Shown piece after piece: positions 1-13,599 of a stretch of 64,000 nucleotides of DNA; position 1 is the stretch's first letter; every line of letters begins with the position of its first letter. The stretch comes from Lama glama (lineage: Eukaryota): contig CM052816.1 of assembly GCA_028534125.1 (NCBI GenBank), positions 21,950,001 to 22,014,000 of the forward strand, given 5' to 3'. The position numbers were made by a program, and so were the translations under genes. The notes under the pieces were generated by a model. The model had not been told where the DNA came from, searched no databases, and was given only the letters and a program-made list of their open reading frames with translations.

Positions 1-1200
1 GTTTTGAGGATGAAGATATTAAAGTCCAAAGTATGAGTGTTAAAATTTCAAGGCTACATGGTGAATAAATAGAAGTATATAATTTCCAAAGTAATAGAAG
101 AAAAATGGAATATAGAAAAATAATTTTAAAAGACTTTATGAAAGGGTAGGAAAAGAAACAAGTCATAGAACAAGTACAAAGAAAGAGAATAATGTACAGT
201 CAGAAATAAATTCCAGCATATTATAAGGATCACAATAAGTGAAAGCAGAGTAAGTAATGCAGTTAAGACAAAAATTTGTTAGGCTGGAAAAAAAAATCCA
301 GTTTTATGCTACTATTTAGAATATGTATACCCAAGATATACCATTCCATAAAGGTTGAAAGCAAAAAGACAGAAAGATATCCACACAACCAAAAGAAAGC
401 TGATGTAGCTCCAGTCATATCAGATAAAATAGACTTTAAGATACAAAAATTACTATGATAAATATAGTAATAAAAGGTTAACTTACCAGAAAGTTATGAT
501 GTATTTTGAAAATATTTAAAGCAGAAATATTCTAGGAGCAATGGACACATTTATTGTAGTAGGTGAAGTTTAACATACTTCTAATGGCCAAAGTAGCCAA
601 ATAGCCAAAAGTAGCCAAGTAGCCAAAAAAAATTATTAAGAATAAAAAAGATTTTAAAGACAAAATCAACACTTACTTGATTTAATGGACTATATAAATC
701 TGCAGTTGGCACTTGGAGGAAACACATTTTTTTCTAACGTTCGTAGAACAGTTATGGAAAGAACGTATGAGTCAAAGGAGAAGAAATCCCAAATGGAACT
801 TAAAAATAATTAGAACTGAATTATTAAAAATGCCATATTTCAAAACTTGGCATGTAGCTAAAACCTTACTGACAGTAAATTTATAGTTTTTATGTGAGAG
901 AAGAAGAGACGTTCAAAATTTAATGAGTTGAATGTTCTACTTAAGGAGTTAGAAAAGGAAAAACAGAATAAACTCGAAGAAAATAGAAGGAAAGAAATAA
1001 TAAAGCTAAGAGCCCACATTAATAAAATAGTAAGCAAATGTATAATGAGCAAATAAACTGAAAGCTGATTCTTTGAAATAGGCAAATCTGATAAAAAGAA
1101 ATGAGGCACAGACAAATAATACTAAGAAAAAAAAAGAGAGACACCTTATCTGTGGATACGTGGAGACGAAAAAGACAAGAGAATTTTATTAATTTTTATA
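1..1200 (+). mobile_element. Old degenerate LINE-1 (ORF2 endonuclease region), resuming at ~1620-1910
   Basis: ORF 276..458 contains NQKKADVAPVISDKIDFK, similar to L1 ORF2 QKKAGVAILISDKIDFK. A-rich sense strand with many frameshifts. Confidence 0.8.
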
Positions 1201-1204
1201 CCAA

Positions 1205-1420
1205 AATATTTATGTAGTGCTCATGACGTGCCAGGCATTATTTTAAGGACTTCGGGTGTATTAATTCATTTAATCATCAAAACAACTTCATAAGGTCAGT
1301 GATATTATCCCTATTTTATACATGAGGAACCTGAAGCACAGAGAGGTTAGATGACTTACCGAAACCCTAGCAGGTAGGTAGAGCATTAAGAACCCGGACA
1401 CTGCAACCTGATTGGACTTG
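1205..1420 (-). mobile_element. MIR SINE
   Basis: Reverse MIR core attttatacatgaggaacctgaagcacagagaggttag. Confidence 0.85.
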
Positions 1421-1449
1421 AATACCAGCTTTGTTGTTTGTTGGTGTGA

Positions 1450-1600
1450 TGTAGGTCAGGTAATTAAATCTCTGTGCCTCAGTTTCCTTATCTGTTAAAT
1501 GTAAATAATACTTCACTTGTTCATTGGAAGGATTAAGTGAGTTGTAAAGCACTTTTAACAGTATGGCACATTGAACTATACATGTGTTACTGTTTTTCTT
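1450..1600 (+). mobile_element. MIR SINE
   Basis: Forward MIR core tctctgtgcctcagtttccttatctgttaaatg. Confidence 0.85.
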
Positions 1601-3264
1601 AGTTATTAAAGAGAAAGACCACATGATTAATCAGTAGATGCAGATTTATTTGACAAAATTCAGCATTCACTTATGACAAAAGCTGTTGGCAAACTAAGAG
1701 TAGAAGTGAATTTCCCTAATCTGAGTAATGTTTGAAAGATAAAGGGTGTCTACCAAAACCCACAGTTAAATGTTAACAGGAATATGGAGCAGTGAGGACC
1801 TTTGTATATTCCTCATGGGAGTATAACTTGGTAAAACCACTTTGGAAAGCAATCTGGCATTATTTAGTAAAGTAGAAAATACTCATATCTTATGACCCAG
1901 AAGTTCCATTCTATGGCAGATTTTTTTACTTCTCACAGAGTTTTCTTACACCCTTCCATAATTCACAGCTCTTATAGTCACATAGGGCCATGTGACTTTC
2001 GTGGCCAAGTATCTGTAAATCCCATTTAGTTGTGTTGTGTTGTTCCTGGGCTGAGCTTGGAAGGAAGGTGTGAGTTCTTCACACTGTCATCTCCTGCTGT
2101 GGAAACGGCCCATATCCTTAACTGTACCTGTTGGGAGGAAGCTCCTATGGAGAGCAGCTGAGCTCACAGTGGACCTTAAGCCAGAAAGAAACTTAAATTT
2201 ACTTATTATGTTAAACTCCACTGACTTTGGGTTCTTTCTTTTCCTTTCTTCCCCTCCCTTCTCCCTAGTCTGTCTAGTCTATCCTAATATACATTCCCCT
2301 GTGTATATTCTAGTAGAGAAACTCTTGCATATGTGACCAGAAGTTGTATACAAGAATGTTAATAGGAACTGGAATGATATGATTTGGAGGTTGTAATGTG
2401 GAATCTATAGAGTAGGAGAAAAGAGTCATTGTTTCTAGAGTCATAGATCAGTGGTTGTGATAATGTTTTAGACAGGTAAATAATTTCCTCTCACGTAATT
2501 TGGGAACTTACCACACTTTGAATTTATATTTACTTTTCTATTTCTGTAAGTGAGAGGTAGAAATTTAGTTTCTATTTTTATGACCTATAGTTTTGTTTTA
2601 CATTTATGTTGGATGTATGGGAGCCAGTGTGCCTTGGGAGAATGCAGAAAAAATGCACAAAGTAATATTGTATTAGTAGTTCTCCAGTATAAATATTTAT
2701 ATTATAATGTTTTCTATACTTTGCCTTGATATGCTTGCGTTAAGATATCTTGTGTTCAAATGATGTTCAAATTAAATGTGACATGCAGTAGGGAGTAGTT
2801 TTCAATTTTAGCTATGTACTAAAACCATCAGGGAAGCTTTAAAAAATTTCTGATGTCTGGGCCCTCCTCCAGACCAGTTATATCAGATTCTAATGTACAG
2901 CTGGGCAAGAAAATAGATGAAGACGAAATATGGGCGCTTTTGGATAGATATTCTAGGACTATAGGGCCCAGTGATAATGCCGAATACCTTAGAAAATCAA
3001 CAAAAAAAAAAAAAGAAGAAGAAAGAAAAAATTAAAAACAAAACTAATTGATCATGTCTCCATAGCCACTTTTGAGTATTTATTTGGTGAAATTCATATT
3101 CTAGAGTAATTCCACATTTAGATCATGCTACCATTATAGGAAATTAGAATTGTTTTTGATTCTTTTTTTTTTAAACTAAGTAAATATTTTTGGTGATGGC
3201 AGCCTTTTTTAGTGAATTAGCCACTTCAATGGTATATTTATTCTTAAAATTGATTATTCTTTTT

Positions 3265-5095
3265 AAATAAATTTTGTTGAAATATACATTCAATAAAATG
3301 CACCCTTTTAAGCATATGTGTATTATATTTTCTATATTTTCTGGTGTTTTGACATCTGGGACCTTTTTTATCCTAAAGAGACTGCCCCTACCATGGCTAG
3401 TTAATTCCTAGAGATAGTAAAGGACTCCCTGAGGAGTATGCGTTTCATATTGAATCAACCCTCCTTTGGTTGTGAACCCTACCCCGCTACCCCACCCCAA
3501 TATCTCCTTATTGACCTCTTACACTCCTAGGCCACTGTATTTCTGCTGTAATCACCCAGGGCCAGGTACCAGCCAACTAGGGGCCATTCTGCTGTAGAGA
3601 CCACAAAAATTATTCAGACTAGCGAATTCTAAACCCGCTCAGCTTGTTTACTCTGTCATTCTTTACTGTGAAAACCACAATAAAAGTTCCTGCCACATTT
3701 TCCTCCTGTTCCTTCTGCTTCCTGACCCACTCTGGTGCTTCCCCATGTGGCCCAGTGTGGTGTGGCATTCTTCCTGACTCTGGGGAACAGTGATTATAAA
3801 CTTCTTCCTTCATGACAATTATTTCCATGTCTGTGTCTTACCATATCTGGTTAAAACAAATCCTGGGTTCATTTTAAAACCAGTATGGGTCTGTGAATTT
3901 GGACAAATGTATACAGCTGTTTAACTACCACTACAGTCAAGATGTAGAACTTTGTATAACCCTCAAAAGTTCCCTTGTACCCCTTTGTAGTCATTAACCA
4001 ACTCCTACTCCCCTTGCCCCCCAGACAATTTCTGATCTGCTTTCTGTCACTATGGAGTAATTTTGCATATTCTAAAATTTCATTTAATGAAATCCTACAA
4101 TATGAACTCTTTTGTTTCTGATTTTTTTTCACTCAACAGAATATTTTTGAGATTCATCTGTGTTTCTGCTTATTTCAGTAGCTCATTGCTTCTTATTCCA
4201 TTCCAGTATTCCAGTGTTCCATTGTGTCAGTATACTAAGATTTGTTTATCCATGTACCTGTTGATGAATATTTGGATTATTTCCAGTTTGAGGGGCCAAT
4301 TATGTATAAAGCTACTATGAACATTCATGCTTAGGTCTTTGTATGAACATATTTTCATTTCTGTTGGGTAGACCTAGGAGTGGAATTGCTGGGTTGTAAG
4401 CAAGTGTATGTTTAAATTAATTTAAAAAAAACTGCCAAACTGTTTTCCAAAGGGGTTGAACAACTTTACTTTCTCACTAACAGTGTATGCTAATTCCAGT
4501 TGTCACCAATATTTGGTGTTAATATTTTTTATTTTAGCAGTTCTAGTGGGTGTGTAATGGCATCTCATTGTAGTTTAATTTGCCTTTTCCTCATGCCTAG
4601 TGATGTCGAGCGTCTTTGTTTTTTTGTTTTTGTGCTTCTTGGTTATTCATATATCCTCCTTTGTAAAATGTCCAACTATTTTTCCCATTTAAAAATTGAA
4701 TTACTTCTTTCTTAGTATGAGTTGTAAGACTTCTTTTTATATTCTGGATAAAAATTCTTTATTATAAGCTTATTTTCTCCAATCTTTGTTTTGCCTTTAT
4801 TTTTTAATGATATCTTTCAAAGATCAGAAGTCTTAAATTTGGTGAAGTTTCTAGTTTATTTTAAAGAGTTTATGTTTTGTGTGTTTGTGTATTGTAAGAA
4901 AGTATTGCCCTATCCTAAGATCAAGAAGATTTTCTCCTATTTTCTTTTATAAATTTTGTGGGTTTTGAGCTTTTATTTAGGTCTAGGGTTCATTTTCAGT
5001 TAATTTTTACACATGGGGTAGAAGTAGGGTTGAGGTTAATATTTTCCATACAAACATCTAGTTTATCCAGCGCCATTTGTCGAGATGCTCTCTTT
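3265..5095 (-). mobile_element. Old L1M-type 3' UTR/ORF2 end, split by the LTR at 3319-3882
   Basis: Antisense L1 motifs such as gagtggaattgctgggt, actgttttccaaag, tctcattgtagtttaatttgc. Confidence 0.8.
3319..3882 (+). mobile_element. Solo ERV LTR (MER74-like), nested in an L1 3' end
   Basis: TG...CA ends, internal AATAAA near 3680, near-matching 5-bp flanks atatg/gtatg. It interrupts contiguous antisense L1 3' UTR. Family name from memory. Confidence 0.7.
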
Positions 5096-5419
5096 TGATT
5101 TTTGCTTAATTAGAATGTGTTAATGTGTCTTTCTCTTGTATTGATACATTGTAGCTCAGAGGGAGTTTCCCAGTGAACAATAGTAAATGCCATCCATCAT
5201 ACTTGAAGTAGTATACTGTAAGATTGTGCAAGTTTTTGAAATGTAGAAAGATAAGAAATTTTGTTCTCATAATCAGCCAAAGCTCAGAGCCCTTTTACAT
5301 AATATGCTTAGTCAGTAGGAATGTTTGCTTTGGAACTTAGTCTTAGCTGTACATAAAAACTGAATATTTTTATTATTTAGCTAGTCTAAGCAGTCTAGGG
5401 AGTGAAAAGCAGTAGACTA

Positions 5420-5915
5420 CTTTTTTTTTTTAATGAAGTATAGTCAGTTACAATGTGTTAATTTCTAGTGTAAGCGTAACATCCCAGTCATGTATGTATT
5501 TGTTTTCATATTCTTTTTCATTAAAAGTTATTACAAAATATTGAATATAGTTCCCTGTGTTATACAGAAGAAATTTGTTTTTTGTCTGTGTTTATATATA
5601 TGACGTTTAACATTTGCAAATCTCCAACTCTCAAATTTATCCCTTCCCACCCCCTTTCCCCTGGTAACCATAAGATTGTTTACTATGTCTGGGAGTCTGT
5701 TTCTATTTTGTAGATGAGTTCATTATTGTCCTCTTTTTTTCTTTTTTCTTTTAGATTCCACATATGAGTGATATCACATGATATTTTTCTTTCTCTTTCT
5801 GGCTTACTTCACTTAGAGTGACGATCTCCAGGTCCATCCATATTGCTGCAGATGGCATTATTTTATTCTTTTTATGGCTGAGTAGTCTTCCATTGTATAC
5901 ATATTCCACAACTTA
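5420..5915 (-). mobile_element. 5'-truncated lineage-specific L1 3' UTR
   Basis: Poly-T then gaagtatagtcagtt...ttagattccacatatgagtgatatc. Flanked by actactttt direct repeats. Confidence 0.85.
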
Positions 5916-7588
5916 CTACTTTTATTAGAATATCCAACCTCAAGAAATGTAGAATCTAGTGTGCAGAGATTCTTTGTATATCTAAAAAGAGAACACGTAT
6001 TTGGTAATGTGTGAGAAAGGGAATGGCGTTTATTTTCTAATTGACCAGTGGGGTTTTAAACCTGGTGTGTGTGTCAGAATCATCTGTGGACTTCTTTAAA
6101 ATTCCTTCACATTGTCCTACCTGAAATTAATTCTCAGTCTTCTCTGGTAGAATTTTTGGTAGGTAATTGTTTTGGTTTGCTTTGGAGCTGTCCAACATGA
6201 TTTTGATGTACAGCCCAAGTTACCAATCATGCTGATTATACTCTGTTTTCTCATTTGATCTCTCAGTCATCCTATGAGACAAGTAGTGTTAGCTCAGTTT
6301 TGCATATGAGGAACATGGAACTTAGTGTGATTGCATATCTTCCTTCACAAGTGATACAAATAAGAAAACTCAGAGAAGAAATTTTTTAAATGACCTTTAA
6401 ATACTTTAAATGGTGTTTAACCTAAATAGTTAAAAAATACAAGTCAAGATATCATGTTTGTAATTTACTACACTGTCAGTTTGGTAAAGGTTATAAAGAA
6501 TAATATCTTATTATGGCAAAAGAGTGGTGAAGCAAGCCCTATTTTATGATTCTGAGGGTGCATATGGGTATAGCTATTTTGGAGAGCAGCAGTTATACAA
6601 AAATGATCATAAAAGCATATTCTGATGTTTCTTGAAACATTATTTGAAGCTGTTTCCAAGTTAAGTTGTTAAATATTTGGGAGATTGATTAAATAAATTA
6701 TGGTATATACATTGGAACACAATGAAGCTACTAAAGAGAATATGGTTAACCCTATAATCCCTGGTAGAGATTTCCACATATATTAAATTTTAAAAGGTTG
6801 CAGAGTACTATGCACTGTGATCTTGGTTTTTTAAATCTATGCATGTTTAACTCTATTAACATGTTTATTTGTACATATATAGGAAAAAGTTTAGAAGGAA
6901 ACACAAAAGTATTGAGACTGGTTAGGTCTGAGAAGAAAAATGGGTAGGATAGAGTGTTCCGTATTTTGTACTTGTTTGTTTGTATTCACTAGATAGTAAG
7001 GTCTGTTGCTTCTGTAATTTTAAAAAGATATAAATATGAAAAATATAACTTGTTCAAGATCAACACAGTTGGTAAGTGGCAGAGCTAGTACTTGGAATTA
7101 TCAGACTCCAAGAGAGAAATTTTTCAGGGAAATATTAACCAATGTGACAATGAATTTTAGCTGATTTGCAGAAGAGAAAGGCATTTAAAATTTTTCATTT
7201 TTAAAAATTTACATACGATAAAATTCCCTTTTGGTGGTGTAAAGGCCTATTTATTTTTAAACAAACTTTTTTTGAAGGATAACACACTTAAGAAAAGTGT
7301 ACACATTTTAACCATTCAGCTCAATGAATTTACACACAGTGTCAGGTAACTGGTACCTGGTTCAAGAAACAGAAGACTGCTTGTGTCCCTGAAGTCCCCC
7401 TCATGATCCTTTGGACTCCCACTATCCTGACTTCAAACACCAGGGAGTGATTAATTTAGCCTGTTGTTGAGCCTTATGTAAATGGAACTATCCATGTGCT
7501 CTCATTGTCTGGCTTCCTTTTGCTCAGTATTATGTTTGTGTTTATCCATATAGGGTATGTAGTCTAGTTCATCCCCATTGCTGGAGGC

Positions 7589-7787
7589 CAGGATTTATCA
7601 AATGCGGCCCTATTGACATTTTGAATGGGATAATTCTTTATTACGGAGGGGCTCTCCTGTGCCTTGAAGGATGTTTACTAGAATCTCTGACCTCTACCCA
7701 CGAGGTGCCAGTAGTACCCCTCAGTTATGATAACTTAAATGTCCCTTGGCTCAATGGGGCGTGGCAGAATCTGGTTGAGAACTACTA
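7589..7787. mobile_element. MER20-like hAT MITE inside an old antisense L1 (~7260-8100)
   Basis: ctattgacattttgaatgggataattcttt...gacctctacccacgaggtgccagtag...ggttgagaactact resembles MER20. Confidence 0.75.
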
Positions 7788-8759
7788 CAGTACAGTATTC
7801 GTTTGTGTGAGTAAGCCACAATTTAATTACCCAGGCTACTGTGTTGTTGAGTATTTGGATCATTTCCATTTGCATTTGTAAAGAATAATATTGCTATGAA
7901 CATTTTTGTACAAGTTTTTTGAAAGATATGTACATATTTCTATTGAATATGTACATTATACTGAATTTATATGTAATAAGATACATATATGTTCAACTTT
8001 ATTAGATTTTGTCACATTATTTTCCAAAGTGGTTATTCCAATTTTCACTCTGCCAGTCATGTATGAGAATTCCACTTTTCTACATTCTCATGAGGCTTGA
8101 ATTTGAACTATGATATTTTGAACTTTAGTGCCTGAATTTTATTCTTTTTAGTGTACCCACTGGTTGGCACAGTGAATGGCATACAAAGGATGTCAGTTGC
8201 TGAGTGAATAAAGACATGACTTCTAGCCATCTCCTTTGATGTCCTGTGATCTTGATGACACATGGCTCAGCTCTGGCATTTGGGAACCTCATCAGTTTTG
8301 CTCTTTCCTGTGTTGATGACAAGGTCTCCCTTCCCGCCATCAACAACAGCTTATGGTCTCCAGATGAGGCCTTATTTTCATTTTCCTCATGAGTTTCATT
8401 AACTGACACAACTATCAAAACCAGTTATCAATAACTGTGATATCAAAAATTTACTGAAATTGTTTTTAAGCTTTGTCATTTAAACAAGACTTGCCAGTCA
8501 AACGGAATCTGTTTTTCCTTTTATGCTGTGAGTGTATTTTTATGGAGGGATGGATCTCTTTTTTAAATTAAAAACTGTGTTTACCTACTCTAGGTGTTCT
8601 GCATATTCCTTAAATGTTAAGCATTTGAAGGCAGATACTATGCCCTCCCAGGTTTTTTAAAGCACATGTCATTACCAGTGTATCATCATCATCATTTTCA
8701 TTGGCATCATCATTATCTACAGTCATGGTACTTTTGTATGAAGCGTCACGTATATGTAT

Positions 8760-9230
8760 ATAATTTATTTAGGTGAAATTCATATAACATAAAATCAGTG
8801 ATTTTAAAGTGAAAATTCAGTAGCATTTAGTACATTCATAGTATTATGCAGCCACCACCTCCATCTGTTTATTTTTAAGTAGTTCCAAAACATTTCCACA
8901 ACTCCAAAGCAAACCCCTTATCCATTAAGCAGTTTCTTCTCTTCCCACTTAGCCCCCAGCAGCCGCCAATCTGTAGTCTGTCTCTGTGGATTTATCTATT
9001 TTGGATATTTTGTATGAATAGAATCATATAATATGTGACCTTTAATGCCTGGCTTCTTTCACTTAGCATAATGTACTCAAGGTTCATGCATATTATAGTG
9101 TTTTTATGGCTGAATACTATTCCATTGTATGTATATACCACAGTTTATCCATTCATTCATTGATGGACGTTTGAGCTCTTTCCACCTCTTGGCTATTGTG
9201 AAGTGCTGCTAAGAACATATACATGTACTT
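8760..9230 (-). mobile_element. L1MB-like 3' UTR fragment
   Basis: ctggcttctttcacttagcataatg...ccattcattcattgatggac. Confidence 0.8.
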
Positions 9231-10861
9231 ATTTTCATTCTATTACATGACTACATTGTTACAACCATCACCACCAATACTCAGCAATTCCGTATCCCAA
9301 AGAATTCCTTGAACACAAGGACTCCTCTGCAGTCAGACATTCCCTCCCTTCTAACTGCTGTCAACCACTGATTGTGGTTTTATAGCATTAAGAAACTTAA
9401 TATCTCAACTAGATAATCTGGTTTTCCTTTAGTATGTGATAGATTTCTTAGGAGTTAAATTTTTATTATTAAAGACAAAGTTTTAGAAGCCAGAGATTAG
9501 AAATACATACTTTTTTCCATTTGTGCTGGTTTGGGAGGTTTTTGTTAAAATTGAAATATAGTTAGAAATACTTTTTATGTATTTACTAAATTCACTTTTT
9601 CCAACTTGTCAATTATGATAAAAGGAATAAATTAAAATAACTGGCATAAAATCCTGCACTTACCTAGAGAACAGAGCTAACTATCAGGAATGCTATCTTA
9701 AAATATTTTATAAATTCAATGTGAAATTATTAGATTAGATAGATTTTTTTTTAAATGAACTGTTTCTTATCCTTACTATTTTGTTTTGTTTGTATACAAA
9801 AGATGCTTTGGAATTTTACATTTTCTTCCTGCTAAAATCATCAGTTAAATATATACTGATATGTTTTACATGTTAATTTTAAAAGCTCAGAGGAAGATTA
9901 TTCAGCTTTCTGAAAACGTAGCATGCACAATAAAATAACTGTTTGCCAGGAAAAAAAAAAAGCCCTGTTGTCTTCTAGTACCAGTTGGTATTACGTAGAT
10001 TTGTTTGGTGTCTCATATTTTATTTATAGTAGTTCGGAGCTGGAAACCAGATACTAAACAAATACTAATGTTCCACTGTAGCTTAGCTATGCATTAGAGT
10101 CTTTCTTTGATCATTATTATTTTTCCTTGTGCATATACTTCTATGAAACTAGGAACATCTGGGAAACTGGCAACTTGCTTGAGTCGAGTCCTATATGCCT
10201 TAATATAGAAATAGTATGTAGCATGTATAAATGTACTCACTTGTTTAGATAATATTTATAAAAGCATTGTAATTTTATTAATACATTGTGAATTAATAGA
10301 AGATTCTTAATGATCCTCAGTAGTTAACCGAGAGAGATCAAGAGGAAACATTTATCATTATTTTTTGTCTGGTTGTAGAAGCTTCCCAGTCTCCTCCTTC
10401 CTCTCAAGAAAAGAGCTTTTGTTGGGAGAAATCACAGATCTGATGGTTGTATTTCTTTAAATATTTCAGATATATACTAAATATTCTAGAGAGCTAAGAA
10501 CTTTTTACTGTTTAAAAGTCATATCACTAGATAATTTTAATTGTACATTTATTCTTCTCGGTATTTATTTGTTGTATAACCTTGTTTACCTCCTTCAGTA
10601 TGCATACCTATGCTTTGAAATGGTTTTGTTTTATCCTGGGAGTGACCTTTATTCATTGGCCTCATTACTCCTTCATAGTGGAAAAAAAAAAAAAGAGCAC
10701 TTGTGAATGAATTTTCTGAAATCTTATACATATGACATTAAAAAAGAAGACATCAGGTGTGTGGCATTCAAAGTTGATCTTAAAGTTAGAACTCTTAAAA
10801 ATCTATCACCCAAGAGTTGTTCAATAATCTTTTTTTAGAGGTAGCATAAAATGTTGTGTCT

Positions 10862-11920
10862 CGACTTAATAAGAAAAAAACAAACAACCCAGTCCAAAAA
10901 TGGGCAAAAGACCTAAACAAGCAATTCTCCAATGAAGACATATGAATGATCAATAGGCACATGAAAAAATGCTCAATATCACTAATTATCAGAGAAATGC
11001 AAATCAAAACTACAATGAGATACCACCTCACACCAGTCAGAATGGCCATTATTCAAAAGTCCATAAATAGTAAATGCTGGAGAGGCTGTGGAGAAAGGGG
11101 AACCCTCCTACACTACTGGTGGGAATGCAGTTTGGTGCAGCCACTGTGGAAAACAGTATGGAGATTCCTCAAAAGACTAGGAATAGATATACCATATGAC
11201 CCAGGAATCCCACTCCTGGGCATATATCCAGAAGGAACCCTACTTCAAAAAGACCCATCCCCCCCATGTTCATAACAGCACTATTTACAATAGCCAAGAC
11301 ATGGAAACAGCCTAAGTGTGCATCGACAGATGACTGGATAACGAAGCCGTGGTATAAATTATACAATGAAATACTACTCAGCAATAAAAACTGACAACAT
11401 AACACCATTTGCAGCAACATGGATGTCCCTGGAGAATGTCATTCTAAGTGAAGTAAGCCAGAAAGAGAAAGAAAAATGCCACATGAGATTACTCATATGT
11501 GGAATCTAAAGAAAAGAAAAGAAGAAAAAAGAAAAGAACAAATGAACATAAATATAAAACAGAAACAGACTCATAGACATAGAATACAAACTTGTGGTTG
11601 CCAGGGAGGAGGGGGTTGGGAAGGGACAGACTGGGAGTTCGAAATTTGTAGATAATGACAGGTATATATCGAATAGATAAACAAAATTATACTGTATAGC
11701 ACAGGGAAATATATACAAGGTCTTGTGGTAGCTCACAGTGAAAAACAATGTGATAATGAATATATGTATGTTCATGTATAACTGAAAAACTGTGCTCTAC
11801 ACTGAAAATTGACACAACATTATAAACTGACTTTAACTCAATAAAATAAAAATTTAAAAAAAGTCACCACATCATGAAAGAGGAATAAAAATACATAAAA
11901 GTTCTGAAAATTAAATTAAG
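10862..11920 (+). mobile_element. Young 5'-truncated L1 (ORF2 C-terminus plus 3' UTR) with 13-bp TSD
   Basis: ORF 10946..11275 ([30 protein letters not shown]...[18 protein letters not shown]) is the L1 ORF2 C-terminus. TSD aaatgttgtgtct at 10849-10861 and 11921-11933. Confidence 0.93.
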
Positions 11921-12134
11921 AAATGTTGTGTCTGATAAACTGCCTTTATAGTATTTGTAAAATAAAGAGTATTTTAACTTCGTTTTAAAAATGCAAAGGA
12001 ACTAAAAAATTGACTTCAGACATATATTGGTTCATTCATTTGCTAAACTCATTTTGTGCACAATTTTGTTTTTTTTAAATGCCAGACACTATGCTGGGCC
12101 CATGGAAAAGAATGAGATTCTTTAGGAGAGGGAT

Positions 12135-12872
12135 TTTTTTTTTAATTGAAGTATAGTCAGTTGCAGTGTATTAATTTCTTGTGTACAGTATAGTGATTCA
12201 GTTATATGTATATATATTCCTTTTCAGGTTTTTCATTATAGGCCATTATAAGATACTGAATATAGTTCCCTGTGCTATACAGTAGGACCTTGTTGTTTAT
12301 CTATTTTATATATAGTAGTTAGTATCTGCAAATCCTGAATTCCCAGTTTATCCCTCCATACCCTCTTTTCCCCCGGTAACTATAAGTTTGTTTTTTATGT
12401 CTGTGAGTCTGTTTTTGTTTTATAAATATTTTCATTTGTGTCATTTTTTTAGATTCCATGTATAAGTGATACGATGTGGTATTTTTCTTTCTCTTTCTGG
12501 CTTACTTCACTTAGTGTGACAGTCTCCAGGCCCATCCATGTTGCTGCCGATGGCATTATTTTATTCTCTTTTTATGGCTGAGTAGTTATTATGTATATAT
12601 ACCACAACTTCTTTATCCAGTCATCTGTTGATGGACATTTAGATTGTTTCCATGTCTTGGCTACTGTAAATAGTGCTGCTGTGAACATTGGAGTGCATAT
12701 ATCTTTTAGAATTAGAGTTCCCTCTGGATATATGTCCAGGATTGGGATTGCTGGAACATATGGTCAGTCCACTTTTAGTTTTTTAAAGAAATCTCCATAC
12801 TGTTTTGCATAATAGCTGCACCAAACTACATTCTCACCAACGATGTAGGAGGGTTCCCTTTTCTCCACACCC
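12135..12872 (-). mobile_element. 5'-truncated L1 3' end
   Basis: Poly-T plus attgaagtatagtcag. The minus-strand ORF 12834..13043 ends [12 protein letters not shown]. Confidence 0.88.
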
Positions 12873-12880
12873 TGTAGGAC

Positions 12881-13363
12881 GGGGATTCTTAATCAGCTTT
12901 CCTGTCAAGTATCTCTTTGGAAGCCTGGAAAAGCTTATAGACCTCTTCTTAGAAAAATGTTTATATACCATAAAACAAAATACATAATTATAAAGGAGAT
13001 GCATTATATTGAAGTAGTTGTGATAGAGTAGCATGTACTGCATATTAACTCATTAAATATTGAGAGCTATCAGTGGGTCTAATAAACGTTGTAATTTTGA
13101 AGTAATGAGCATAAACAATTTTTCTAAGATATCTGCATCAACTGTAGTGTGATAAAACTATTTGTGATTCTTGTTGGTGATCAAAGTTATAGGAATTGCT
13201 AATACCATTGATGCTTGTTGCCTAAATTTTAATTGAAGGAAATGCTAAGTTGTGGTTAGAGTTAGTGACAGTAAATATACTATTTTTTCCTCTTTCCAAG
13301 TTCATTTTGTACATTGAACCACAGATCCCTTCTGTGTCAGTGAACTTGACCTTAAGGACCCCT
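12881..13363. mobile_element. MER119-like hAT-Charlie DNA transposon relic
   Basis: ggggattcttaa...agcttatagacctcttcttagaaaaatgt at the left end and ttaaggacccc at the right end (inverted termini). Confidence 0.6.
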
Positions 13364-13599
13364 CCTTCAAGATCTCTTAGTTTAAGCTACAAGATTGACA
13401 CTTGATAGGTAGGTAGAGCTGAAGTCTGAGCAGAGATTTTGTCTCATTCATCTTTGCACTTTCTGGTGTACAGCTTAAAGTTTCAGTCATGAATATACAT
13501 ACATGTAGTTGTTTTCATATTCTTTTTTATTATAGGTTACTACAAGATATTGAATGTTTCTGTTAGAGGAGGTGGCATTGATCTGCATTCAAAATCTAG

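Noticed and set aside
586..628. Short tagccaa array, and the gatattcctga array at ~59968-60016, as CRISPR-like repeats
   Set aside because: Simple slippage repeats with no unique spacers, in mammalian DNA with no cas genes.
10946..11275. 109-aa ORF (also 41764..42129 and 34984..35325) as host genes
   Set aside because: They are L1 ORF2 C-terminal fragments in 5'-truncated elements and lack the endonuclease and RT domains.
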